DNA from: Calditrichales bacterium | GTDB taxonomy: Bacteria; Calditrichota; Calditrichia; Calditrichales; J004 | Length of the DNA: 64,000 nucleotides | Assembly: GCA_965267575.1 (NCBI GenBank) | Contig: OZ254086.1 | Location: 3,808,001-3,872,000 of the forward strand | Direction: 5' to 3' | In this document: positions 46,210 to 54,410 of the stretch, piece after piece | Numbering within the stretch: the first letter of the stretch is position 1 | How the letters are laid out: each line of letters begins with the position of its first letter | Position numbers and translations under genes: made by a program | Notes under the pieces: model-generated | What the model was told of the DNA's origin: nothing | Seen by the model: only the letters and a program-made list of their open reading frames with translations | Databases searched by the model: none

Positions 46210-47370
46210 ATGAGCGATGACATTAATAAAATCGAAAATTACGAGCGCACGCCGCCGCGCAAGGATGCCGAGCAGACATGGGATGAAGGCAGCGAAAAGG
46301 CCACATGGGAATATAAAGGCAACGCCAACATCACCACGCTGGAGCAGGCACTTGAATTTAGCCGGGTAGATTTAGATGAATGGGAAGTTGAACGGCATGT
46401 TTTTAACACCTGGACAACGACCCTGAAAAACGGCGATGGCGAAGCGGAGCAAAAATGGAACATACAGGTTAAGGTATGGTTCAAGCGCCGCCAAAAACTA
46501 CGCGACACCTTCCGCGATGAACTACTGGCCCAGGTCCGGGCTATCTCTCCCCCCGTAAAAAAGAAAACACGACGCCGTAAAAAGAATGGCGTGCTGCTGG
46601 AGGTGGATCTGTTCGATCCGCATTTCGGCAAGCTGGCCTGGCAAAAAGAGACCGGCGAAAGCTATGATCTGAAAATCGCCACGCGCCGTTACAACCGCGC
46701 CATGGATGAGCTGATGGACAAGGCGGCACCCTACAATGTGGAGCGCATCCTGTACATTATCGGCAACGACTATTTTCACTATGACAATATCCGCGGGGAG
46801 ACCACCGCCGGCACCCAGCAGGATCTGGACGGCCGCTGGCAAAAAATGTGGATCACCGGGAGGCGGCTGGCCATACAGAATGTGCTGCGGCTAAGCGAAC
46901 TGGCCCCGGTAGACGTAATGATCGTCCACAGCAACCACGATTTTGAGAACATTTTTAAGCTGGGCGATCTGCTGGAATGTTACTTTGACAACAATCGCAA
47001 CGTGCGTGTTTTTAACGCGCCCACCACCCGTAAATATTATCGGTGGGGAAAATGCGGCATCGGCTTTACGCACGGCAATAACGAGAAGCCCGCCGACCTG
47101 CCGCGGATTATGCTGCGTGAGAAGCAGAAGGAGTGGAGCCATGTGGATTTTTTGGAATGGCACATGGGCCATTTCCACCGCAAAAAGCAGCTGCATTACA
47201 TCAGCGCGGAAGAGCTGCACGGCATCGTGATCCGTTACCTGCGCAGTTTAAGCAGCACCGACGCCTGGCATTATTCCAAAGGCTACGTGAAGAACCTGAA
47301 AGGCGCGGAGAGCTTTATCTGGGAAAAGGGCAGCGGTCTGCAGGGTAATTATTTTGTTAATTTTAGTTAG
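46210..47370 (+). CDS. Calcineurin-like metallophosphoesterase
   Basis: DPHFGK, GNDYFH, SNHD, FTHG, GHFH motifs. Confidence 0.8.
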   Translation: MSDDINKIENYERTPPRKDAEQTWDEGSEKATWEYKGNANITTLEQALEFSRVDLDEWEVERHVFNTWTTTLKNGDGEAEQKWNIQVKVWFKRRQKLRDTFRDELLAQVRAISPPVKKKTRRRKKNGVLLEVDLFDPHFGKLAWQKETGESYDLKIATRRYNRAMDELMDKAAPYNVERILYIIGNDYFHYDNIRGETTAGTQQDLDGRWQKMWITGRRLAIQNVLRLSELAPVDVMIVHSNHDFENIFKLGDLLECYFDNNRNVRVFNAPTTRKYYRWGKCGIGFTHGNNEKPADLPRIMLREKQKEWSHVDFLEWHMGHFHRKKQLHYISAEELHGIVIRYLRSLSSTDAWHYSKGYVKNLKGAESFIWEKGSGLQGNYFVNFS

Positions 47371-47417
47371 TTCGCTTTTTGGGGCTGTACGTGAAAAGCG
47401 AACACAAGGAGGAGACG

Positions 47418-47651
47418 ATGGATGAACTGGATAAGATCGGTCAATATGAATCGTGCCGGGCCAAGATAGAGTTTGACGCTGAGACGATGGATTTAATTGT
47501 GCGCGCCCACGATGAACGGGGTTATACCTTTAGCGCCATTTTTCGGTATTTGAAAAAAGAAAAGGGTTTTAGCGGCCACCAGGACATTGTGCGCAAGCGC
47601 TACTATGAAGAGAAAGAGCGGCGCGGCCAGCAAAGGGAAAATAAAAACTAA
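47418..47651 (+). CDS. Phage hypothetical protein, possible HTH
   Basis: aggagg RBS; GYTFSAIFRYL. Confidence 0.6.
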   Translation: MDELDKIGQYESCRAKIEFDAETMDLIVRAHDERGYTFSAIFRYLKKEKGFSGHQDIVRKRYYEEKERRGQQRENKN

Positions 47652-47766
47652 TTGTACCGTTTTTCATCGTATGGTGAAAGGGTGCTATGGAATGAAATAT
47701 AAATTTTATACCCGCCGGGTGATAAAATTATTACGGGCGGGCTAAAGCGTACCCGAAAGGGTATTT

Positions 47767-48189
47767 TTAATGGCCGTTGCGCTCGGCGGCGTTGGCTTCC
47801 ACCACGCAGTGAAAGATGCGTCCTGTATTGGGACGCTTGCGCACCAGCTCGAGTATTTTACGGGCCAGGTCAATCTCGTCGCTGCTATACCCCGCCAGAT
47901 ACATTCCCAATTTAAAGCCTTCTTCCTGCACCTGGTTCATCTGATCATCAGGCTGTTCGTAAGCCGGTTTGATGTACATGGGTTCATCACCGGCCAGCAG
48001 CCAGTTGATATTAAGATTATAAGCATCTTTAATGTCCGCTAAAAAATCAGCATCCGGAATACTTTTGCCATTACAGTAAGACTGGACGGTCCTTAATGAT
48101 TTACCTGTACGATCGGCCAGCTTTTGTTGGGTGATACCCTCTTTTTTTATAAAATTTTTTAGTCTGCTATCTATTTTAAAATCAAGCAT
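47767..48189 (-). CDS. Phage repressor, XRE/CI-like HTH
   Basis: ITQQKLADRTGKSLRTVQSYCNGKSIP...NINWLLAGDEPM; divergent from a Cro-like gene. Confidence 0.88.
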   Translation of the reverse strand: MLDFKIDSRLKNFIKKEGITQQKLADRTGKSLRTVQSYCNGKSIPDADFLADIKDAYNLNINWLLAGDEPMYIKPAYEQPDDQMNQVQEEGFKLGMYLAGYSSDEIDLARKILELVRKRPNTGRIFHCVVEANAAERNGH

Positions 48190-48190
48190 T

Positions 48191-48266
48191 TACGCAACTT
48201 ACCTCGCATTTAATGTGCGAAAAACTTCACACCAGCTATTGACATACGCGATACTCTGCGTATATT
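48191..48266. promoter_or_regulatory. Lysis/lysogeny switch region: rightward promoter with operator-like palindromes
   Basis: TTGACA (48239)-16-TATATT enclosing TACGC-N8-GCGTA (48245-48262); related imperfect sites at 48191-48208 and 48214-48231. Confidence 0.6.
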
Positions 48267-48299
48267 TACAGGTGTCAGGCAATAAAAGGTAGTCCCGAA

Positions 48300-48554
48300 A
48301 TGATCACAACAAGCAAATTGTTTCGCATAGCACTTACGCACCGCGAAATGACAGCCACGGCTTTCGCAAAAAAGCACGGGGTATCACGCCAGAGTGTGTA
48401 CGACGCTATTGAAAATCCGCAATCATCTCAGCGCATTAGAGAATTCGTAGATGCCTTCATACAGGATGCGATGAAAGATTTACACATTCGCCTGGATGCG
48501 ATCCGGCAAAACGGTAACTACGGCAGCTATAAAAATAACGCTTTACAGGCGTAA
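48300..48554 (+). CDS. Cro-like HTH protein
   Basis: MTATAFAKKHGVSRQSVYDAI; divergent from the repressor. Confidence 0.8.
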   Translation: MITTSKLFRIALTHREMTATAFAKKHGVSRQSVYDAIENPQSSQRIREFVDAFIQDAMKDLHIRLDAIRQNGNYGSYKNNALQA

Positions 48555-48627
48555 AGTAAAACAAAAAAGGGCGGGTCGCCTGTTCCTGCAAGCTCCCGCC
48601 CTGGATGGATGAACAAGGTAAAGGTCG

Positions 48628-48861
48628 ATGCAAAACGAATTATTTGACAGAGCCCAGGTTGAGCGTCCACGCAGTTGCCGCATGTGCCGCTATTACAACC
48701 GCACCCCTTATGATGTCTGCATGAAGCAGGGCGGGGCGGTTTTGCAAAGCCTGGAGCCGTGCAAGCATTTCGACTTTCCATCTCCTTTACAGGATAATGA
48801 TACGCTTTTAAATGATGAAATGTCAATTATAAAAGAAGAGGGGCATTATAATGGATTATGA
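48628..48861 (+). CDS. Small Cys-containing phage protein
   Basis: CRMCRY...C...C. Confidence 0.55.
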   Translation: MQNELFDRAQVERPRSCRMCRYYNRTPYDVCMKQGGAVLQSLEPCKHFDFPSPLQDNDTLLNDEMSIIKEEGHYNGL

Positions 48862-49315
48862 TAATCTGCTTGAATATGAAGTGATAAATGAGATTTTGCG
48901 AGCGAATCCGGCACACAAGAGCCCCAAGCAGATTGCCGCGCATTTGGGCCGCAGCGTGGTGACCGTTTACAAGTGGGGCGAGAATCCGGAGAACAGCGGC
49001 GCGGCCATGCCCAAAGATTACATCCTGCCTTTCAGCAATTTCACACAAGATAAACGATTGATTGAGTGGTACGCGCATCATCACGGTTACCACCTGTGCG
49101 CCAATGGTCCTATCATAACCAACGGGGATTTGTTTGACCAGTTGTTGAATATGGACAAGCTGCGCGGTGTATTTGCGCAGGAGCTGGTGGACGCGCGCAA
49201 GGATGGTGTTATAACCAGCATCGAGGCGCGCAAGCTGCGCGATGTGTTGAGCCGCCTGGCGGACGAGACGCGCATTGCCATGGCCGAGATCGATGAGCTG
49301 GAGGAGCAGGCGTGA
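48851..49315 (+). CDS. Phage regulatory protein, CII-like
   Basis: N-terminal HTH (KQIAAHLGRSVVTVYKW) and DARKDGVITSIE C-terminal motif. Confidence 0.72.
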   Translation: MDYDNLLEYEVINEILRANPAHKSPKQIAAHLGRSVVTVYKWGENPENSGAAMPKDYILPFSNFTQDKRLIEWYAHHHGYHLCANGPIITNGDLFDQLLNMDKLRGVFAQELVDARKDGVITSIEARKLRDVLSRLADETRIAMAEIDELEEQA

Positions 49316-49547
49316 TAGACTTCATTAAATTTGCTTTGGAAACGATTAACTACCTGGAACAATCAACTTCATCCGCCGGGGCGGGGATTAGTGAGTTAGA
49401 TCCTACCTTCATACCTCCTTCCGGGCAAGTAGCTCCGGCGGATACTTTTAATAATAACGCGGCCGGCAACTGCGTCGGCACGGCGACCCCTCTGGCCCTG
49501 CCGGCCGGCCGCTTTTTTGATATCACGAAAGAGAAAGAGGTGTGCTG

Positions 49548-49787
49548 ATGGATTGGATGACGCTTTTTTTCGGCGCGGTTATCGGCGCGTCGCTGGCGAT
49601 TATTTTGATCGCCGTTTTAAGCACGGGCGGCAGCATGGGCGAGGATGTGGACCGCATGTTTGACGAGGCCGAACGTGAGGCCCGGCGCGAGGTTAGCGAG
49701 TTTTACGGGGATTGCATGGAGTCGCCCGATGGTGAGGATATTTTTGTCGAGGCAGCCCAGAGCAAGCGAAGCCATGTACAGGGTTGA
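49548..49787 (+). CDS. Small membrane-anchored phage protein
   Basis: gaggtg RBS; N-terminal TM, acidic tail. Confidence 0.55.
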   Translation: MDWMTLFFGAVIGASLAIILIAVLSTGGSMGEDVDRMFDEAEREARREVSEFYGDCMESPDGEDIFVEAAQSKRSHVQG

Positions 49788-49952
49788 CGGTTTATACTTA
49801 ATGGTGCGCGATGAGCGTTTGCGCATTTTTGCTTTGCGCTTTTACGGTCCGGGCAACCGTTATGTTTACATCATGACGGAGCGCGGGGAGTTCCGGCTGA
49901 ACGCGGACAGCGTACAGGGTTTGGAGACCGCGGGAAGGGATACGGCTAACTG

Positions 49953-50189
49953 ATGGATGCCTACAAGAACAGGGCGCGGTTTTGGCAGCACTGCGAGACG
50001 ATAAGCGAGCTGATATTGATGGCGCATAAGCAGCCGGAAAATTTGAAGCTGCAACGGGTGGTTTTGCACGCCATTACGCACCAGATGCACGAATTAAAAC
50101 AGCCTTACAGCAATCTGCTTAACAGTTATGAGCTGCTAAGGCTGGAAACGATTGCAAAGGAGGCAAAACATGAACCGCACACGTTATGA
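49953..50189 (+). CDS. Phage hypothetical protein
   Basis: Tightly packed in the early operon. Confidence 0.55.
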   Translation: MDAYKNRARFWQHCETISELILMAHKQPENLKLQRVVLHAITHQMHELKQPYSNLLNSYELLRLETIAKEAKHEPHTL

Positions 50190-50496
50190 TATGATAATTG
50201 ATCGCGTAACTCGTGAGCGGCGGGATTTGCACATTGCCAAGAGCGACGATTACGCGACGCTGGATGTGCTGAGCAATTTTAAGCGGGTATCCGCAGCGGC
50301 TCGTGCGCTGGAGGTGGATGCCGCCACGCCGTTGGGTTACGCGCTGTTTATGATGCTGATGAAGATTGACCGGATTAACAATCTGAACGGGCGCACGCCA
50401 AAGAATGAATCTTTAAAGGATAGCTTTAAGGATTTGATGAATTACGCGGAGCTGGCGTTCGCTATTTACCAGGAGGATAGAGATGTTTGCTCATGA
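50170..50496 (+). CDS. DUF1599-like (nucleotide-modification-associated) protein
   Basis: KSDDYA..NF...KIDRINNL..NESLKDSFKDLMNYA. Confidence 0.7.
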   Translation: MNRTRYDMIIDRVTRERRDLHIAKSDDYATLDVLSNFKRVSAAARALEVDAATPLGYALFMMLMKIDRINNLNGRTPKNESLKDSFKDLMNYAELAFAIYQEDRDVCS

Positions 50497-50818
50497 TGAC
50501 ATGTCGGACAAACTGAGAAACGCCAGGTTGAACAAGGGCTTGCCGTTTGAGAAGGCGGTGATCGCTTTGCTGGAGCGCGGGATTGTGGTTTCGGTTTACA
50601 GCTACAAGGTGGCGATGAGTGTTTACGGTCGCTTTGGCGGTTTTGTGGAGTGCCGCGTTCGTCGCTACTGGGTGGCGGGGAATAGCAAGAAAAAGATGTA
50701 CGCGAATGTGTACGAGCTTCGCCCGCGTGAGGGCAGATCGTTGAGGGCGCGGATGGCGGAGCGTCTGGATGTTTCGCAATCGGATGTTGGTTTGCGCGTG
50801 GAGGCGCTGCCGAATTAG
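50483..50818 (+). CDS. Phage hypothetical protein
   Basis: aggagg RBS; basic. Confidence 0.55.
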   Translation: MFAHDDMSDKLRNARLNKGLPFEKAVIALLERGIVVSVYSYKVAMSVYGRFGGFVECRVRRYWVAGNSKKKMYANVYELRPREGRSLRARMAERLDVSQSDVGLRVEALPN

Positions 50819-50839
50819 GCGGCGGTTTTGGAGGCACGT

Positions 50840-51490
50840 ATGGGAACTAAGCGCCATTATTATCTGCCGGATTTGGAGGAGGAGCTGGGCATCAGTGAGG
50901 ATGCTGTGCGGGAGTTTATATCCCTGGGCATTTTGGTGCCGGACGGCTGGTATAATCCGGATATACAGATCCGCATTAATAAGGAGGGTTTGGGTGCTGC
51001 CTGCTGGCTGGATTTTGAGGTTGAGCGCTTTCAGAAGATGCTGCGCCTGGCGCATAGGCAGCACGTTCCGCTGATGGCCCGGATGGAGGCGTTGGTACAT
51101 TCGCACCTTAATGATTTTGGCGAGAAGCTGAAGCAGCTGCAGCGCGATATGGATAAGGTGAGCGGACACATGCACCAGCTGCGTCGCGATGTGTTTAAGA
51201 ATGAGCAGATGGTGGACCTGAATTATTTTTGTAAGCTGACCGGGTATAAGCATCAGACGGTTTTGAATAACCGTGAGTATATGAACGCGGAGCATACGAT
51301 GATGCGGTTGCAGTTTAATGCTTATAAGGATTTGATCTGGTATAAGATCAAGGGCAAGTGGCAGGCCAGCTACGGCGAGCTGATGGAGTTGCGGCGCCAT
51401 TTTACTTATGAGCTGTACCTGGACGAGCGCAAGCGCAAAGGGGATTACATCCCCAAGATGAAGGTTGATTTTAACAAGATGGATATATGA
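50840..51490 (+). CDS. Phage protein with winged-HTH-like ends and central coiled coil
   Basis: YYLPDLEEELGISEDAVREFISLGIL and VDLNYFCKLTGYKHQTVLN resemble MerR/excisionase-type HTHs. Confidence 0.6.
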   Translation: MGTKRHYYLPDLEEELGISEDAVREFISLGILVPDGWYNPDIQIRINKEGLGAACWLDFEVERFQKMLRLAHRQHVPLMARMEALVHSHLNDFGEKLKQLQRDMDKVSGHMHQLRRDVFKNEQMVDLNYFCKLTGYKHQTVLNNREYMNAEHTMMRLQFNAYKDLIWYKIKGKWQASYGELMELRRHFTYELYLDERKRKGDYIPKMKVDFNKMDI

Positions 51491-51687
51491 GCATGAAACA
51501 TTACAGGGTGTTTTTTGAGAAGGCGCGGAAAAAACAAGATGTAAAGTGTCGCTTGACAGTTTGCCGGCGACCTAAGCGGAAAGCTTCGCGCGACCAATAT
51601 TTACGGGGCTTAGTTGATGTTTACAGGTTTCAGATTGCGCAACATATCGATAACGAAAAAGCATATAAGGAGAGTATTTATGGCTAA
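51487..51687 (+). CDS. Small basic phage protein
   Basis: ATGA-coupled ORF. Confidence 0.45.
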   Translation: MSMKHYRVFFEKARKKQDVKCRLTVCRRPKRKASRDQYLRGLVDVYRFQIAQHIDNEKAYKESIYG

Positions 51688-51904
51688 GAGATTTTTGAGC
51701 AAGCAGGAATTTGAGTCGCGGTTGCTATCCGCTGGATTCAGCATTTTGCGTCCTCAGATAGATGACGGTTCTCCGGTGATCCAGATCAAGGAACCGAAGT
51801 CGAAGCGCTGGAAGGATTACCAGCGTGGTTTTGATTCTCAGGATCACATGGAGGCGACGCTTTCGGCGGTGATCCGCGAGCACAAGAATTTCGTGGTATT
51901 GTAA
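51680..51904 (+). CDS. Phage hypothetical protein (last gene before attR)
   Basis: aggag RBS, ATG 51680. Confidence 0.6.
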   Translation: MAKRFLSKQEFESRLLSAGFSILRPQIDDGSPVIQIKEPKSKRWKDYQRGFDSQDHMEATLSAVIREHKNFVVL

Positions 51905-52002
51905 ACGTAATATGAAAGTAGGTTTCGGTAGGTTGTTTAACCTGCAAACGGCGTTAGGTTTGTGCTTTTTGGGTGTACGGGAGTGCAAAGAAGGTTAAGA
52001 TT

Positions 52003-52030
52003 TTGTTGTATAATATACATTATGTAAACT
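52003..52030 (+). other. dif: dif site (attR)
   Basis: TTGTTGTATAA-TATACA-TTATGTAAACT in 11-6-11 layout; the right arm equals the B. subtilis dif XerD(RipX) arm; host genes converge on this point. Confidence 0.88.
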
Positions 52031-52177
52031 TATTACAGTGGCAAATGCCCTTCTTCCATGATTTAAAGGAACTGTTTCAAGATTTCTATAAGCGTGTTGG
52101 AAATTGTGGAAACCGTTTAGATTGGATTGCCGTTTTTCTTTTTGATAACTTCTGTAGAAACATAAAGGAGAATAAAG

Positions 52178-52384
52178 ATGGACAAAGATGCATTAGCCGC
52201 AGAATTTGTAAAAATATACCTGGCGAAGCACGGCAATCATTTGCCCGACGATCCGGATAAGGCTTTTGAATTTATAAACGGATTGCACAAAAAATTCAAA
52301 AACAAAATGATTACCGATCTAAAGAATAAAAGCGAACGTTTTGTCGATCGCTACTTCGATGATAAGGATGATAAATACCTATAA
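52178..52384 (+). CDS. Small hypothetical protein
   Basis: aggag RBS, 68 aa, followed by a terminator. Confidence 0.7.
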   Translation: MDKDALAAEFVKIYLAKHGNHLPDDPDKAFEFINGLHKKFKNKMITDLKNKSERFVDRYFDDKDDKYL

Positions 52385-52409
52385 TTTATATTGGAACGTT
52401 TTGTTTATT

Positions 52410-52443
52410 AAAAAGGGCGGCAATGACCGCCCTTTCTTTTTTT
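52410..52443. terminator. Bidirectional intrinsic terminator
   Basis: aaaaagggcgg-caatga-ccgccctttcttttttt between convergent genes. Confidence 0.75.
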
Positions 52444-52522
52444 CGGCTAGAATTCGCTAAAATCATCATCATCTAATTTAATGACTACTTTACCATTAAG
52501 TGAGAATCTTAGAAAGCTGTCG

Positions 52523-53389
52523 TCAGGTTAATATCCAGGCGCCATAAATTATTAACAATACGCCGGCGGATGTAAGCAGAATACTGCCCTCTTTAAACCA
52601 TATAAAACCCGCCAGGGCGCTTATGACAACACCGGCGCGTTTCAAGGCAATTACCGGTGCGACAGTCGTTAACATAATCGCGTTAAACTGCGAATAGGCC
52701 ATCAGGGCCGTGAAGATACCAAGCAGGGAGAGAAGCGAAATTTGGGTCCATGAAAGACGTTCCAGTATTCTTACATTGCTTTTAAACACGCTTATCAAAA
52801 TAAATGCAACACCCAGCAGAAAGTGAATCCATACAGCGTATGTAAGAGGATTGGACGCCCGGATAGCAACTTTTTCGTAAGTTGCAGAGATGCTCCAGAT
52901 AGCGGCTACAAAAAGCGCCAATAAAACGCCTCTTCTTTCCGCTGCCGCCCCACTGCCCTGTGGTTTTTTGCTAAACAAATTTCGCCCCTGCAAAAACAGA
53001 CATCCTACAACGATAACAAAAATACCCAGAATTTCTTTTTCGCTCAGCGTTTCACCTAAAACAAGCCAGCCGCTGATTGTAATGAAAAGGGGCGTAAGAT
53101 TAAAAAACGGTGCCACGCGCGATATGGGAGCTGTTTTTAGTACATAGACCAAAAAAGAAAAAGCGACAATATTGATCAGGAAAGATATGGAAGTTGCCTT
53201 GATAAAATTTGCCGTATCCGTTATTTCATACCCGGATAGCGCCGGCGGAAACAGCAGTATGGCAGCAATACCAAACAGGAAGGCTAGCAACAGGTATTGA
53301 TTATACCTGGCTGAAAGTATTTTAATTAATGTTGTCTGAAGGCCAAAGAAAAGACCCGTCGCCAGAGATAACAGGAACCAGTATTCCAC
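52523..53389 (-). CDS. EamA/DMT family transporter
   Basis: About 10 TM helices, two repeats, LVLGETLS, IWFKEG. Confidence 0.85.
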   Translation of the reverse strand: MEYWFLLSLATGLFFGLQTTLIKILSARYNQYLLLAFLFGIAAILLFPPALSGYEITDTANFIKATSISFLINIVAFSFLVYVLKTAPISRVAPFFNLTPLFITISGWLVLGETLSEKEILGIFVIVVGCLFLQGRNLFSKKPQGSGAAAERRGVLLALFVAAIWSISATYEKVAIRASNPLTYAVWIHFLLGVAFILISVFKSNVRILERLSWTQISLLSLLGIFTALMAYSQFNAIMLTTVAPVIALKRAGVVISALAGFIWFKEGSILLTSAGVLLIIYGAWILT

Positions 53390-53398
53390 AAAACCCCG

Positions 53399-53599
53399 CT
53401 AACGATGGGCCTTTTTTTCCTTCTGCTCGTCAAAGGAGACACCTTTTATCTTTTCATAAAGCTCTTCGCGGTATATCTCGATCGCACGCGGCGCCTCGAT
53501 ACCCAGCTTAACCTGGTTCCCATCGATCTCAACAACAATTATTTTAACATCGTCGCCGATGGTGATGGCTTCTCCCAACCTCCGTGTCAAAACTAACAT
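53399..53599 (-). CDS. csrA: Carbon storage regulator
   Basis: [20 protein letters not shown]...[17 protein letters not shown]. Confidence 0.96.
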   Translation of the reverse strand: MLVLTRRLGEAITIGDDVKIIVVEIDGNQVKLGIEAPRAIEIYREELYEKIKGVSFDEQKEKKAHR

Positions 53600-53618
53600 G
53601 GGGCAACCTCCCTTTTGG

Positions 53619-54410
53619 TTAAACGTTCCATTTGGGTTTTCTCTTTTCTAAAAATGCGCTAACACCTTCCAGGAAATCGTCGCTTTGACGATATTCCGCG
53701 TTTAGTTTTGCCAGCTTCTCCATATCTCCACCGATACCCGCATAACGAAAATCGTTAAGTATCTCCTTGGTTTTGCTTATGGCAAACGGCGAGTTCTTCT
53801 GCAATTTTTGAGACAAGGCTGCGGCTTCTTCTTCTATATCTTCCTGCCTGCAAACTTTGTTTATCAGACCGGCCTGCAGCGCCTCTTCCGCATCGAGCAA
53901 ACGCCCGCTGATCAGCAGGTCGCGTGCTTTGCGTTCCCCTATCTGGCGCACAAGAAACGATGAAACCATAGCGGCCACAAACCCGATCTTAACCTCCGGA
54001 TAGCCAAACTTTGCTTCGCTGCCGGCCAAGATAAAATCACACACGGCCGCTAAACCGCAACCGCCCGCCACAGCGGGACCTTGCACAACGGCAATAACCG
54101 GTCGCGGGAATTTCAATATTTTCAAATAGAGATCGGCCAGGTTTTTTGAATCACGCAGGTTTTCATTGTAGCTGTTGTCACGCAAACCCTTCATATACTC
54201 CAGATCCGCGCCGCTACAAAACGCCGGGCCCGCACCGCGCAGAGCCACTACTTTTAATTCAGGTACTGTCGCCAGCCAGTCGAAACACTTATGCAGTTCG
54301 TCGATCAAAGTAGCATTTAGGGCATTTCGCTTTTCAGGGCGATTCAAAACTACGTCACAATGCGCCTCTTTCAGTTCAACGATCAGACTGCTAAATTCAG
54401 GCTTTTTCAT
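53619..54410 (-). CDS. Enoyl-CoA hydratase family (methylglutaconyl-CoA hydratase-like)
   Basis: [30 protein letters not shown]; adjacent to a carboxyltransferase. Confidence 0.88.
   Translation of the reverse strand: MKKPEFSSLIVELKEAHCDVVLNRPEKRNALNATLIDELHKCFDWLATVPELKVVALRGAGPAFCSGADLEYMKGLRDNSYNENLRDSKNLADLYLKILKFPRPVIAVVQGPAVAGGCGLAAVCDFILAGSEAKFGYPEVKIGFVAAMVSSFLVRQIGERKARDLLISGRLLDAEEALQAGLINKVCRQEDIEEEAAALSQKLQKNSPFAISKTKEILNDFRYAGIGGDMEKLAKLNAEYRQSDDFLEGVSAFLEKRKPKWNV

Larger units (their letters stand above)
14473..52020. mobile_element. Siphovirus-like prophage (~37.5 kb) integrated at dif
   Basis: 19-bp direct repeat tttgttgtataatatacat at 14473-14491 and 52002-52020; replication, terminase, portal, capsid, tail, tape measure and repressor genes lie between. 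Confidence 0.93.

Noticed and set aside
46210..50496. DNA hypermodification cluster (metallophosphoesterase plus DUF1599-like)
   Set aside because: The genes are in different operons and no kinase, transferase or thymidylate-synthase-like partner was recognised.
14473..52020. Alternative genetic code in the prophage
   Set aside because: Core genes are intact in the standard code; the one internal TAG is explained by a frameshift.
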